Origin: Rhynchobatus australiae
Lineage: Eukaryota
Direction: 5' to 3'
DNA: 64,000 nt
NCBI GenBank assembly: GCA_034780895.1
Contig: JAUZTB010000127.1
Span: 74,045,139-74,109,138, forward strand
Under the pieces are notes generated by a model, which made no database searches, was not told the DNA's origin, and saw only the letters and a list, made by a program, of their open reading frames with translations. Shown piece after piece: positions 50,001-63,799 of the stretch (the first letter of the stretch is position 1; the number at the start of each line of letters is the position of its first letter). The position numbers and the translations under genes were made by a program.

Positions 50001-52784
50001 AATTGGCAAAATTTAGATGCAAGTTTTGGTGGACATTTTGCAAGTTAAACTCAAAATTTAAAATTATATTTAACTGCACAAATACCATTCTCTCAAGAAG
50101 TAGTAATAAAATTCCTCATGCATGGAGTTCTGATTAATAATTATTAATAATTTGAAACTGGTGTCAGTTTTCTAATGCTATTGCTTCCAAGGGGGATGAG
50201 AACAAATTTAATTATANNNNNNNNNNNNNNNNNNNNNNNNNNNNNNNNNNNNNNNNNNNNNNNNNNNNNNNNNNNNNNNNNNNNNNNNNNNNNNNNNNNN
50301 NNNNNNNNNNNNNNNNNNNNNNNNNNNNNNNNNNNNNNNNNNNNNNNNNNNNNNNCAACAATCCTTCACACAAGCTATATCAAAGCTGAGACAATTGCAG
50401 AATTTCATACCTTTAAAAATAACTTCTCCCTTCACCACCATCATACAAACCACATTAACTCCTTCACGCTCCAAAAGGCCTGAAAATCCACACTCAAATA
50501 AGCACAAGAGCAAGAAACAGTTTCCTTCATTCTAACAGCATCTGAAATTCCATCAGGAGCAGCACTTATACACAAACTAAATTAATCCCGGTGGTATTCT
50601 GACTGATACTGAATTTTTATACTCCAACAATTTAGCTCATTTAATCCACCCTCAACTATAAATGTTATGGTCTCTGGATCAGAAATAATTATGAGAAATT
50701 AGGCTCCAATACTTTTTATCTTTTAACTGCAATTAGAGAATATTCATTTTCCAGAGAAAGCATTAGAACTACCAGGCATCTTGTGTGAAGTTGCCCATGC
50801 AAATAGCAGGCATCTTAACTCCTAGTCTTATACATTCAGCATAGGATCCAAAATAATCTCTCCTACGGCCCCCAACCAAAAGTATTTGTTCCCTCTTCCT
50901 TAAAAGCTTGCCTTTGACTCTAAATTGCCAGGGCTGTGCAGAAGTCCTTGTTGGTTCCTTCCACTTAATGCCCAGGAGATTGTAGGTTCTCACAGTCAAT
51001 TCTGGGCATAACTCAAGTTAGTTTTCGTTTGGAACCAATGATAGGAACCTAATAGAGAATAATTTTTTTTGAAAACATACAATTCTTTAATGCTTAGAAT
51101 GGTCTTGGAAATGCTTACATGTCAATGTATTCAGCACAATATTATCCTAGAACACAGGGATTAAACTAGTTGATGCTGATTTGAAAACTGACTGGGCTTC
51201 ACTGACTACAGTGATATACAAGTCAATTGCTTCATGACAACAAAACCATTACAATTGGGTGCTTTTTTCTTTAAATAAAATAAGCAAATTTAATTGATTA
51301 TGGTAATTAAATCTTAGAAGTATGTGCAATGAAAAACAATATTGAAGTTGCTTTTATCCACTACTATAGAGCTCACATCAAACTGGTTCACTTTATATAC
51401 AATGGTGTCATTTTAGTTCCATTATCTTACTAGTTCAAAGTAATTAAAAAATTTACAGCAAGTACTGTAGTCAGTCCACTTGTTGACTATTTGACCAAGA
51501 TAATGCTGAAGAATGAGAGTGAAGACTTATCTACCAAGTCATCAGTTGGGTGATATTTTACCCATTTATTTTATTAATGAGTTGGTTTTCAAGTTTAACC
51601 AAGATTAACATGGGCTCGAGGACCTGAGTTATAGGGAGAGGNNNNNNNNNNTTCACTCAAAATTATTCCTTTTTTTTCTGCTGAGCACATTTATTGTTTT
51701 GGGGAAGATGTCTGATTATCTACAGCTTTTCCACAAACAGATACTGAACCTTATAGGAGATTCCAGATAGTGTTTTTTTCCGCTGGAGTTTCCTGTCATT
51801 CTGCATAGGATTAGCTAAGACTGGATAAACTCCAAGACTCAGACCCAATTCTGCAGCTGGAGACATTTTTCATGTGCATATATAACCCAGGGAACCAGAA
51901 ATCCTATGTTGAACAACTGGTAAATTCAACACTTTCCCTATGGAATATGATCCCATGTCAAAAACAGATTGATCAAATTGATAGATTTTGATCAAATTAT
52001 CTAAAACATGATTTTTTTAAAATGTATAACAATGACTTTGAGAATTAACAATTGTTACTATTTGTCAGTGTCTAACATCAACGAGTGCTTGCTGAAGGAT
52101 TGTAGTCACCTCCTTTATCTGTACCCAGCTTCTCCTGGACAAACCCAAGCGCTGTCGCCAGTTGCATTGAAAATCACTAACTTTGACCAGCAATACACTG
52201 AGTAAAATGAATTATAAAAATATAGTTGCAGCCATTTTTCTACCATATATAAATGGTTGTTCAAATCCAAGTATTCTACATGGCTATAAATTTGTTTCTC
52301 CTCTTTTGGAGGATGTGACCCAATGAAGAGAGCCAGTAACAAATTGGACTGAAATAAATTGTGGCTTCAGAAAGGAAAATTGGTGGAAAATTTGCCCCAA
52401 AGCATCAAATAACAAAATTTACAGTCACTTTGAAAGACTGCTTTCATATGAAACCACACAGCCACTAACTCAATGAAGTTCAGGGTAAACATGGGTTGCA
52501 GGAGGGCCTCCCAGTGTTAAGTCTTGCCAAGCAGTTAGTAGAGACAGACCACACATTATTTTCTCATTCATAAATATGACTGATCAATAACTGATATGTT
52601 TTATTTTAAATGGATAGAAACAAAGAACAACCTGACCCTGCAGACCGCTCAACAGGCAGATGCATTGCTTGCCACTTTTCAAAGAAATCAGGGACTCTCC
52701 AGATTTGGCTCATTTGTAACAAATTAGTTGATGTCAGCCAAAGCAGAATTTAGGTTATATATACATCTGTGGCTATATTAAAAA

Positions 52785-53092
52785 AAACAAAGGCTTTCAC
52801 GATCTCAAAACGTCATGACACTTCAGAAAGTCTCTTTACAGCTAATGAATTGCATCTAACATGCTCAGACCTGCAAAGTAACACAAGCTCCTAAGGCAAC
52901 ATCGTAATGACCAGAAGATGTTTTAGCGATATTTATTAGAGATAAATATTAGCTAGGAAACTGGGGATAATACCTATGCTGTTCTTTGTCATGATGCAGT
53001 AGGAGTTTGTACGTCCTGTTGGGAGAGGGACGCAATCTTGATTTTAAGATGGCAGTTGAAAGACTGCATAATCAAAAGTACAGCAGTACCGA
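52785..53092 (-). mobile_element. Old Deu-domain SINE
   Basis: Reverse complement of the tail (CTTTCACGA..CTTTACAGCTAATGAA) and Deu motif GATAAATATTAGCTAGGAAACTGGGGATAA. Confidence 0.6.
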
Positions 53093-54464
53093 AATTTCAC
53101 AGGCAATTGACCAGAGGCGAGGTACTGGAAGCAGCTGTGGAATTCTGCCAGTAAAAGCCAGCACCTTCTGAGGAATGGGGAGTAAAACGCAAGGAGAGAA
53201 GCCAGAAAAAAAGCTACATTAAAGGATTTCAAAGCATTTCCAACATGTTCTTTGTTGTACAGATTCCAACAGCTCCAGTTGCCTTGCATTTTACTTCTTA
53301 TTTAACCTATCGACACTGACAAGGCTCACTTGAAGAATGCAAGGTAGGAACAAGTCAGGAGTGGAAGTGGTCGGACACAGGGAGGTCCACAAAATGAGTG
53401 TGATGAGAGATTATGCAAAAGAGTAAAGCTGCTGGCACAAGGATCTGGAAAACCGCATCACACCAGCACCAAAGCATGGTCGTAAAAAGTTATCTATAAA
53501 TCTTCCTCTGGCACGGTATTCCAAATATTCATTTAATTGACAGGTTTGGTGTTTGGTTTTGCCTTTAGTAAATAAACTCACAGCCGGAACATGGGTTTTG
53601 CTTGCTTTCTGAGTAAGGACATTAAATGGGGCCTGTCCCAGGGCTCCAGCTAGAAGAATGGTTGCTCAGTCAGGAAGGAGACCGAGTTTGCTTTAGTGGC
53701 AAACCTGGAAGTTGGATAAGCCATTTGTAAAACTTGAATTTAAAAATTGCAGTCAGAATTCTCCACAAGTCACACAATTCTCCTCCCTGTAAATGAAGCT
53801 ATGGTGTGGACTGGTGAAAGTACATTTAATGAAAAACTCCAATGAAAAAAATAACTGGGTTGCAATGCAAAACAATACTTTACACAATGAATGACTGCAT
53901 ATCATCCTGCATTTCATTCATTAAGGAATTTTACCTGTGGATCCTGGTTCTGGTAGGAGGTAACAATGTCTTCTCATTCTCCATTCTGTTCAAAAGATTG
54001 CTTGGCTTTCACAGGAAGGACACGCTGCTCATGCTCCCATTCCAACTCAACTTCCCACTTCTCCCACTGACATTCAATTGTAGGGGGAGCCATCTCATTT
54101 TCACTGTTGCACAGCATAGAAGCCTACTTGCAGAATACTTATGACCCAGCAATGTAACAAGTTTTATAAAAATTGNNNNNNNNNNNNNNNNNNNNNNNNN
54201 NNNNNNNNNNNNNNNNNNNNNNNNNNNNNNNNNNNNNNNNNNNNNNNNNNNNNNNNNNNNNNNNNNNNNNNNNNNCTGATATTTAAAAAAAACACAAGAA
54301 AACAAAACAGGCTTGTCACTGACCTGTTGGCCACCAACTTACTGAATTATCAAAAACAGCCCTAAATACCAGCTCATGGGAAGGCTTACTTAAGAATGTC
54401 CACAGAATGCTATACAAGCTACTAGAAAAATATAATTACACAATGAATACTGTGATTAACTCCT

Positions 54465-55175
54465 TAATCCTTACCCTGCTGAATAAACAGCAACTCCATC
54501 CAGTTAAATGGCGAGTAACCCACTTGCTGAATAAACATGTACAACTGGAATGAGTAACCCTTATCCTGCTGATCCACTTCATCCAGTTACAGTGAATAAT
54601 CCTTACCATGTCGAATAAATGCCAACTCTGTTTGGGTTCTCAGCGAGCAATTGCATCCCTGCTGAAGCAGCAATTCTAAACAGTTTGTGAGTTATCACGT
54701 TCCTATTGAAAAATTCCATTTCACTATATACCAAAAATCCTAACAACAACTCTGTTCAGTTATGCAGAGAATACACTTTTCCAGTTGATACATCAGCGTG
54801 GCAGGCATGGTAGTGTAGTGGTTAGCATAACGTTATTACAGCGCCAGCGACCCGGGTTCAATTCCAGCCGCCGTCTGTAAGGAGTTTGTACGTTCTTCCC
54901 CGTGTCTGCGTGTTTCCTCCGGGTGCTCCTGTTTCCTCGCACATTCCAAAGATATACGGGTTAGGAAGTTGTGGGCATGCTACGTTGGCGGGAACGTGGC
55001 GACACTTGCGGGCTGCTCCCACAACACTCCGCGCAAAAGATGTATTTCACTGTGTTTCGATGTACATGTGACTATAAAGATATCTTATCTCAAAGCAAAT
55101 AACCCCTTCTGTGTTGGTCAGTTCTGTTTAGTTATATCAGTAACTCTTACTGTTGAATTAACAGAAATTCCTTAC
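54465..55175. repeat. Degenerate ~45-50-bp tandem array split by a SINE
   Basis: Recurring AGTAACCCTTACCCTGCTGAATAAACAGCAACTCCATCCAGTTA-like units at 54469, 54515, 54552, 54595, 54645 and after the SINE at ~55138. Confidence 0.7.
54800..55090 (+). mobile_element. Young V-SINE with Rex1/Babar-type tail
   Basis: 5' ~160 bp match 44635/46837; 3' part differs and ends TATTTCACTGTGTTTCGATGTACATGTGACTATAAAGATATCTTATCT. Confidence 0.88.
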
Positions 55176-56389
55176 AGAAATACATGCTGAGATCAAAAAA
55201 AACTTTTGATGGAAATACTTCACATTTAATTATTTTTAATTCAAATATACAGCAGGTGGTGGTCCATGCCCGTCATTTTTGGGATGCCTTTTATATCATG
55301 TGACTGGTAAGACAGTAATTGCTCCCCTTATTTTAATGCTCAAGTATCTGAATAGTTCAAAATAAACACTGAGCAAAATAGGTACTAGAAATGGAGAAGT
55401 CCTTAATACATAATTTTCCATTTTATTGATGAGTGGAAAGAAAATAGGCTTGCAATTAGGCGAGACCTCTCAAGGCTTCAGGACATACTAATGTGTTTAA
55501 AAAGCACCAGCAAGACCTGATTGATTTTCAGTCTTTCTTGAATTAGACAAGTTGGGCAAGGATAGTGGGCTATAGTGGTACGATTGTCCTCAGTGCTCCT
55601 CGGAATAGGGACAGAAGAGTTAATTTCAACGACCAGGTAGTGAATCATCCTGGTTGTCATGTGAGAACCAGAATCTGTTTGTTTGAAGCACATGCCTCCC
55701 CTCTGCCCTGCAGTGTGACCGTACTGGTCAGACTTGCATGAAAAATGGTCACTTCAGCAACATAACATATTGTCAATGGAACTCAGCCAAACCTAAGCAA
55801 ATGTCATCACCTCCAAAACAAATAGTTCAAAAAACCAGCGAGGATAGGAAAATAAATTCTTCAATGATTTTTAACAAACTGGTTACATAACTTTTAAAAA
55901 CTTGCCAAAAAAATCACAATTAAATCATAATTGTCAAAAACTACAGAGAAAAACCTGGGGACTAAATTTAATTGTCCTCAAAAATGGGCAGAGGGACCCT
56001 GACGTGCAAGTAATCTACACTCATTGACTGTAATGCACGTGGCATACAAGCATTATGCTGCGTGCTCATTATAATGTTTGCTACATGCAGTCAGTAATAA
56101 ATATGGATGTAGGCAAGATCAGGTGCCCAGAACATTAATTTGTCAACACCAGTTAAAGATAGATTGCACCTAAAGGATGAGGTGTATTGGGGCTGCAGGT
56201 GCAAGGCATCACACAGGAAATAAATCCAACCTGGAAGAAATAAACAGTATGACACAAGATGAGAGATGCAAGATCTAAAGTGTTCCGTCTCTGCACAGTA
56301 GACCTTGGCACAGGGGATGGAGAGTAGCGCATGAGGCCTAGATGCCCTCCTAACATCCTTAAAAAGTAGCCATAGAAAACAACAGGCCA

Positions 56390-56725
56390 GAAGAGTGACG
56401 CAGCTGGTAGGGCTTCTACCTCACAGTTTCAGCCACCCAGGTTCATTTCTGACCTCTGGTGCTGTCTGCATGAAGTTTCCAAATTTTCCTTGTGACCACA
56501 TGCATTTCCTCTGGGTGCTCTGGTTTCCCTCCAGATACCAAGTGTGGGTTGTTAGGTTAATTCGCCAGTGCAAATTGCACCTATTGTGGAGGTGAGTGGT
56601 AGAATCTGAGCAATGATGGGAAACTGGGAAGAATAGAATGGGATTGATATAAGATTAATGAAAGTGGGTGCTTGATGTTTGAGGTGGACTTGATGAGCCG
56701 AAGGGCCTGTTTCCATACTGTACAG
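56390..56725 (+). mobile_element. Older HE1-like V-SINE with CR1 tail
   Basis: tRNA-like head, V-domain TTTCCTCTGGGTGCTCTGGTTTCC, GTTAGGTTAATT..AAATTGCACCTA, tail GAGCCGAAGGGCCTGTTTCCATACTGTA. Confidence 0.85.
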
Positions 56726-59700
56726 CTCACTAGCTATGACAATGCTAGGAGGACCTGGATAGCATGTTGCACTGAATACAATTTAATGAATCACATCCAG
56801 ATACCATCTCACAACTCCACCACTAGAACAGATATTGCTCAATTCACCACACCTCCATCACTTACTTACAATTTCTATCAAGCTGGACTGAACCAACATT
56901 CACTTGTTCCAATGCTCCCCCATACACCTCATACAGCTGAAAGCTTCATTCCCATAATAACAAGTACCAATTATTCAATCATGGCGGACACATCACTCAA
57001 TATACTGTAGGTGAAACACAAGTTTTTATTGCAAGAGGTAATGCATAGAGGACATCAACAGATGGGCACAAATGCTGTACTTGCCATCAATACCCACAGT
57101 CCATGAACATTTTTGTTTTAAAAAGCAGGATCCAAGATCACAGCATTTCAATAAGCGCAGTTTAGACAACGGTTTATAATTCAATGTCTATAATGATCCC
57201 AAGTATTACCATGATGAAATCAGTTGACCAGAAAAAAAATAAGGAATACAAGCCTCAAGGAGTCAGGTAACAGAGCAGTTACCTTTTTGAGTGATGCAGC
57301 ACTTCAGCACCAAGATCTGAGCAAACATTCTTAGAACCCANNNNNNNNNNNNNNNNNNNNNNNNNNNNNNNNNNNNNNNNNNNNNNNNNNNNNNNNNNNN
57401 NNNNNNNNNNNNNNNNNNNNNNNNNNNNNNNNNNNNNNNNNNNNNNNNNNNNNNNNNNNNNNNNNNNNNNNNNNNNNNNNNNNNNNNNNNNNNNNNNNNN
57501 NNNNNNNNNNNNNNNNNNNNNNNNNNNNNNNNNNNNNNNNNNNNNNNNNNNNNNNNNNNNNNNNNNNNNNNNNNNNNNNNNNNNNNNNNNNNNNNNNNNN
57601 NNNNNNNNNNNNNNNNNAAAACATTATAACACATTAACTTAAGTGCAATTCTCCATTTGACATAGGTATCTTTAGCATATTGGTAGAAACAATCGGAATT
57701 TAGTACTTTTAACACATCTTGGCTTGCTGATCATGATGGTGAAGCATACAAGCTTTACGTTTCTTGAACCCATTTCTACATTGTTGTTGTGTCATTGATC
57801 ATCTATGAAATTTGTGATAAATGAGAGTACACCACCATCACTTCTTTCCACACACACGAGTCTCCTTTCCCTGAATTTTCCCCTTCTAATTCTGTGTGAG
57901 ATTTATTTGAATCACAGAGAGTAAGAGATTATTCAAGCAAGGGCTGCATCACCACTAAGCCCAATTATATCCTCATCCCACATTGCATTTATATACATTT
58001 CTCATCAGTATTTGCTGCAATCAGATCAAGAATACTGCCTAACCTTATAATGCTAGTCTGAGTAGAAATAATCTGCTATGCTAGTGGATATTCTGTTTTT
58101 GTGTGTTCTACCAATGCCCAGTCTCACTAAACCTGTCCTTCCTCAAATGAAAGCACAATTAATAAAATACAAATATAAAATCAATGTTCAACACTTGTCA
58201 TTAATAAATTGATAGTGGTTAATGGTATTTCCTCTCCTTACTTTAATGAAGTAGTTTTGCTGACTATGCAAGTTTCATAACAATCCAAATGTGTATTGTT
58301 TTTATATACATGTCCCTTTAATGATGAATACCTAACAACACAATTGTCAAACAACCAGTATTGGTTTCATCAGAAGGTGTAGCTTGCACGCATAGGCCAA
58401 ATAATACAATATATATTCTTTTAAATTTTAGCAGTCGTGGATTACAAAGATCACTGAAACAAACCTACAATAACTTGTGTTTCTTTCTCATCTACAGTTC
58501 AGAAGCAGGCTAGCAAAACAGCAGAGCAACGATTGAAGTTGGGATAAAAGGCACTAACTGTTTTACTTCAACTATAATGATAGAGAACTTATCACAAACT
58601 CTGTGATCAGCTGCAGGTAACCACATCCCACAATCCAAACATAACTCCAGCCCAGTGCAGGATTCCAAACAAAGGCCTTCCACTCCGACTGCAGAGCGCT
58701 TCTGATCCAAGCACAATATTTAAATACAAACTCATGAGGCAAGCAAAAGCAATCTGCTCTAATTATCCAGCAATTAATACTCGGCACCATGAAATGCAGC
58801 CCATCCCCAGCCAAGCTTCACCTGGAGACTGCACACACTTTGCAACTCTAATCACTTTTATGCTAAATTTGTAGTGTGCTGCTGAGTGAACAGTTAAATC
58901 GGGTAGTGGAACAAAGATTTGCAAAATGTGCTTTTTGATCTGTTCTGTATTAGGAACTCTGATTTCTTGGCAAACATTGTTAATGTATCAAGAGATCAAA
59001 ATAACAGAAACCTACAGGATATCACTGGGTGTGGTGCATTTTTGCTACATTTATGATTAAATGCAAGCTACTGGTTCTTTCAGTCACTCAGTTACTTTTT
59101 AAATGGACTTACCTGAATAAATTTATTTTAAAAATCTGTTTTATTCAGTTTTCATTACAGAATAATTGTGGAGATATTTAATTGGACCCATTAGCTTAAA
59201 AAATCTCAAACCCTCTCTTAAGCTGCCAACCATGATGGAAACTTGGTTGCATAAAGATCACTCATTCTCCAGAAATGAACCCAAACAGCCATAATTCATG
59301 CATAAACTCAATCAGGGTGTAGTGGTTGGCCATTCAAAACTCAATCATGCATACATCCAATATTTAAGGGGATGCTTTCTACAGGGATTGCTATATTACA
59401 ATCACAACAAAATGTCTGATTCCTTTAACACACCACCCCAATCTCATTGCACCTCTCTGCTCTCAACCTACTTCTGTCTTTGCTTTCCTATCACAGGGAA
59501 TCAAAAACTGTCGCAATTCCAGCTCCATGTAACCTTGTCTTAGATTAACTCACTCCATAAACTGACAGTGCATTTAACCAATGAGCCACTAGATGCACAG
59601 GCAATCTTTACAAAGCATCTTCTGGACCGTTCCTCAATATCCAATGAAGAAAACAGATAGATCCACTTACTCTTTCCTCATCTCTTCCTAAACATAATCA

Positions 59701-60334
59701 TAGCATAGCTAGACAGGGCCTCTATAGCACTGAAGTTTTTTTTAAGATGTGAAGGTCATTACAAGGAGGAAAAGGAGAATGTACAAATTGACCCAGCAAA
59801 AGACCATATTTAGTCATAACTTTAGATACCGTAACAACCTCCCCATAAATTCATGAGTATAAAAAGGGCAAAAGTGATAAGGAGTACACCAATATCCAAA
59901 CTTTGTTGGGATGTGTGTTTAATTAAGGGGAGCACTGTCTAAATAACTAGACATGTTCTTATTTTTATTTGGTTGTTACTTTGATCTTTTCAAAAATTAG
60001 AGTGCTGATCTTTTAGAAGGGCCTTACTTAGGTCATTTTTTGCTCCTTTCAACATTTAGTCAGAACTGAAGCACAATCATCATTTGATGAGACACCAAGT
60101 CATGGCCCCAAATGACAATTCCGGTTAATCTTCAAAACACTGTTCAAGCATAATCCAGATAATGTTCAGTTCATAGAATGGGATCCCAACATCGAGGAGC
60201 TGTTTTCTGAGACATGCTCAATTGCATTCTAGCAACAAATCTGCAGAACTCAATTTTGTGGCTGGGATATTCATAGAGTATAATAATAGCTCTCACCCCA
60301 ATTTTAAAATGAAACCAATATAAAAACAGCTCAT

Positions 60335-60460
60335 GAGGACTTCTCCAAGTGCTTGAATAACATTTCTCCCACAGCCAACAGCATCAAATAAAATACAGAT
60401 TGGTTATCTCATTGCTGTTTGCTGATGCAACATGAGTGTTTGCTTACACAAGTCATTATA
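60335..60460 (+). mobile_element. Deu-domain SINE fragment
   Basis: AACATTTCTCCCACAGCCAACAGCATC..CAGATTGGTTATCTCATTGCTGTTTG. Confidence 0.5.
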
Positions 60461-60461
60461 A

Positions 60462-60725
60462 TTTTTAAATTTTAAAATTTTTTTATTTACAGCGTGCTGT
60501 GGTAACAGGCCCTTCCAGCCCAACAAGTCCACGCTGCCCATTTTAAACGCCAAATTAACCTACCCGTACATCTTTAGATTGTGGGAGGACACCGGAGCAC
60601 CTGGAGGAAACCCACACAGACACAGGAGAACGTACAAACTCCTTACAGACAGCGATGGGAATTGAACCCCCGATCGCTGGCGCTGTAATAGCATTGCACT
60701 AACCGCTACGCTACCGTGCCGCCCC
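60462..60725 (-). mobile_element. Young V-SINE copy, same subfamily as 44635
   Basis: Reverse complement of 44635-44884 over its full length. Confidence 0.92.
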
Positions 60726-63044
60726 TAATNNNNNNNNNNNNNNNNNNNNNNNNNNNNNNNNNNNNNNNNNNNNNNNNNNNNNNNNNNNNNNNNNNNNNNN
60801 NNNNNNNNNNNNNNNNNNNNNNNNNNNNNNNNNNNNNNNNNNNNNNNNNNNNNNNNNNNNNNNNNNNNNNNNNNGTCAGCAGGATATCCAAGTAGATGTG
60901 CCATCAATACCAAGCCCATTCCTGCCTCAGAAATGTTCCAAGAGATCTGGTTTAGCAATCACAGGTTGCCTTCTCCCCTTCCTGACCCAAGAGGACTGAA
61001 GTCTACTGTTGAATCTCTAACAACACCTTGGGTTCAAAGTCTATTTTGGCCCAAATACTCCCTATGAAATTGCTGACCTATCAAGATTTTTTCTTCATTG
61101 TTTGGATACTATCTGTTAATAACATTATCCATGAGAGTGCAAGACGACAATGGCTTTGAAAATAGGGAACAAAAGATGAAAGATCAATGCAATAATGAGC
61201 ATACACGAGATGCCAAGTTTGCTTTATATTACTTAGTGTAACTATAATATGAGAGATTCTCACTGATTATATTTAAATCAATACAGGAGAGGTGTGTCTT
61301 TGATTCTCAATAATTTAAAGCTGTTTTTTTATATAAAGCTATACTGTTACTGTGATCTTACACCTTCAATCACAGACCCTGGCTGACCCAGGCATCAAAA
61401 GTGATTCTTCATGTTAATGCCCCAAGGCTAAAACTGTAATCTTGGTCCAAAATGCCTCAAAGTAATTAAATATCAACAATGCTGCAGCTTGAAGGGGCCC
61501 TGCAGTTCAATTTTGGCTGAATGCTAGAACTTAAATTTAAAATGGCATTTAAAAATAATATAACTTGCATTCAGAATAAAGAGCATGTGATATTTTGACA
61601 AAACTCTTGAGATGAATGACACATTTGCTTAACTTTAGTCCAACAGCTCTTCAACATAAAAACGTGCAAAACATCTTAGCAACTCAGAAATTAATTTTCA
61701 GTCTGGATTTACCACCCTAGGCAAATTGAGAGACCCTTAATACCCTTTCAAGTGTCCCATTTTATAAGGCACCCTGACATTAAATTGCACTGTGGGAAAA
61801 CAGGATTTTCAAAAGATTTTGTTTTGTTGACTATCCAGAATTTTCACTGCACTTTTCTCCGAGTGACAACCCACACTTCACATTTTTAAATTGCCTACTG
61901 AATTAATTTTCGTCTACTGCCCTGATTCTGGCAGGGATAAATGAGTTTTTTTTTAAAAACAGGATCCATTTAATAGGACCTCTACTGAAGAAATGCAAGA
62001 TTTCCTAATTGAGAGTCCAACTCTATTATGGTTCAGCATCTCCTGAAAGGCAAGACAACTTTGTCATAATAAAAGTTCTTTAATTCCTCATCTGTGACTT
62101 TGGGGGTTATGCTGCATTATCTCTCCTTATATCACTCAACCCATGGTGCAGCATTATAGATCTATTGTCCTCCATATTTCTCTACTGTTTTTGCAACTCA
62201 GTGCAATCTCCTTTTCTATTTATCTGGATGATATCAGCAATGGTCTCTTTTTGTCCACTGGACCGGTTTCTCCAAAGACCTTTGCTTGGCCCTTTCTCAT
62301 TCTTTATCTAAATGCTAGCCTTCAATATTCAAATCTGAAAGCCATGAACCAGTTTCGATAGGTACACTGATGACTTGTCAAAACGTTTCATAATACCACA
62401 ACAACAGATGTGATTTCTGTGCCTATCCAATATAATGCCGAGGATAAGCCATATTTCCCAATCTTATCATGAAACCTGAAGTCATTGTTTAAGTTCCTTC
62501 TATAAAATCAACACTCTCCACTTAAAAACAAAGCTCCTCCCCTGAAGTGACAAAGATAAATGGTGCCCATCTGAAGTGTAGCCAAAAAATGAGGAGTAAT
62601 CCTTTCAAAACATGGAAGGTGGCTGCAAACACTCTGCAACTCTAAAATACAGACCCATCACATCACTGAACTTGCATACACCCTGAGAATTAGTGAATCT
62701 GTTTACAAACTATTGGACAGGATTGCTCTATGTTACATTCTCCATGCCAGATCCCCAATGGTTAGTTGCCTCTTCTAATTTCTCACTGTATGGTTCAAAT
62801 CTGTTTCCATTTGTCACGCACCTTGAAATTTTGTTTTGCATTAAAGATGCCACAAACTGAGTTCTTGTATTTCAGGAATGTGGCCCCAACTCTGTGATGG
62901 TGCAGGATCTGAAGAGGTAAATTAAAGGAGATTGAATTTCAACAATATGAGTGATTAGAGTAGTATGCTTAAAAATCAGAAGGAAATAGAAGTAAAGCAA
63001 CTATCTGCCTCTCAAAAGACATTGATGAACTTGCAACAGCAAAG

Positions 63045-63270
63045 TTACAGAGAGTGATAGCACCATACAGCACAGAAACATGCTCGGTCAACCATGTCTT
63101 GTGAAGACCGTTAATCCAATTTACCAGCATTTGGTCTGTAGACCTGTGCCTTCGCAATTCAAGTGCTTGTCTAGATACTTCTTAAATGTTGTGAGGGTAT
63201 CCACTTGCACCACTCACTCACGCAATGCATTCCAGATTTCAACTACTCTCTTCTTCCTCAGATCCTCTCT
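63045..63270 (-). mobile_element. CR1 3' end
   Basis: ATACAGCACAGAAACA..; AAGTGCTTGTCTAGATACTTCTTAAATGTTGTGAGGGTATCCAC..GCATTCCAGAT. Confidence 0.75.
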
Positions 63271-63785
63271 GACCATACACCTACGGCCTGACACCAAGTA
63301 GTATTTTATATTAAAGGATGGCAGTTGCCAGTTGGCATGAAGTTCTCCTGAAACTGACTACAGAGAATCAATTATATCAAAGAAAACTCTCTCAGACTAA
63401 CCATGTACATCAAAGTCCATGTATTTTAACTTCTAAAATGTTCTGACAATTGTCTGATCATATTACAGCAGATGCACATGACTATCCATCTGTAATATAA
63501 ATGGGAGAGAGTGACATGGGGAACATGTAACCCAGAGTAGAACAAGTAAATATTGAGGTGGAAGCATTCCTTGGAACTTTGGCTGACTATCTTGTCCAGC
63601 TGGAGTTGAATGAGCTCCAGCGGGGAAACTGGATACTGCACTACACAAAGAAAACTTCTTCCCCAAACTCAAGTCATCCTTTCAGATTGTCCTCTAGGAG
63701 GAAGATAGGGCGAAAGAAGTTTAAGCAGGATGAAGTTGGGGCAGGAGATGGGGGTAACATTGTCCAACCTATGGGTAGCTGCATC

Positions 63786-63799
63786 ACGCCACCTGCTGG
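63786..63799 (-). promoter_or_regulatory. Candidate CTCF core motif
   Basis: CCAGCAGGTGGCGT matches CCASYAGRKGGCRS at 13 of 14 positions; motif only, no binding evidence. Confidence 0.35.

Noticed and set aside
53263-53343. 81-nt plus-strand exon-like segment
   Set aside because: Stop codons in all three frames
54465-54790. Spaced repeats superficially like a CRISPR array
   Set aside because: Vertebrate DNA, degenerate repeats, related rather than unique spacers, no cas genes
56035-56065. 12-bp hairpin GCACGTGGCATA/TATGCTGCGTGC
   Set aside because: Too short for a pre-miRNA and no known mature sequence recognised
58498-58616. Plus-strand segment with strong acceptor and CAG|GTAACC donor
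   Set aside because: Stops in all three frames and opposite to the inferred transcription direction; a non-coding exon cannot be excluded
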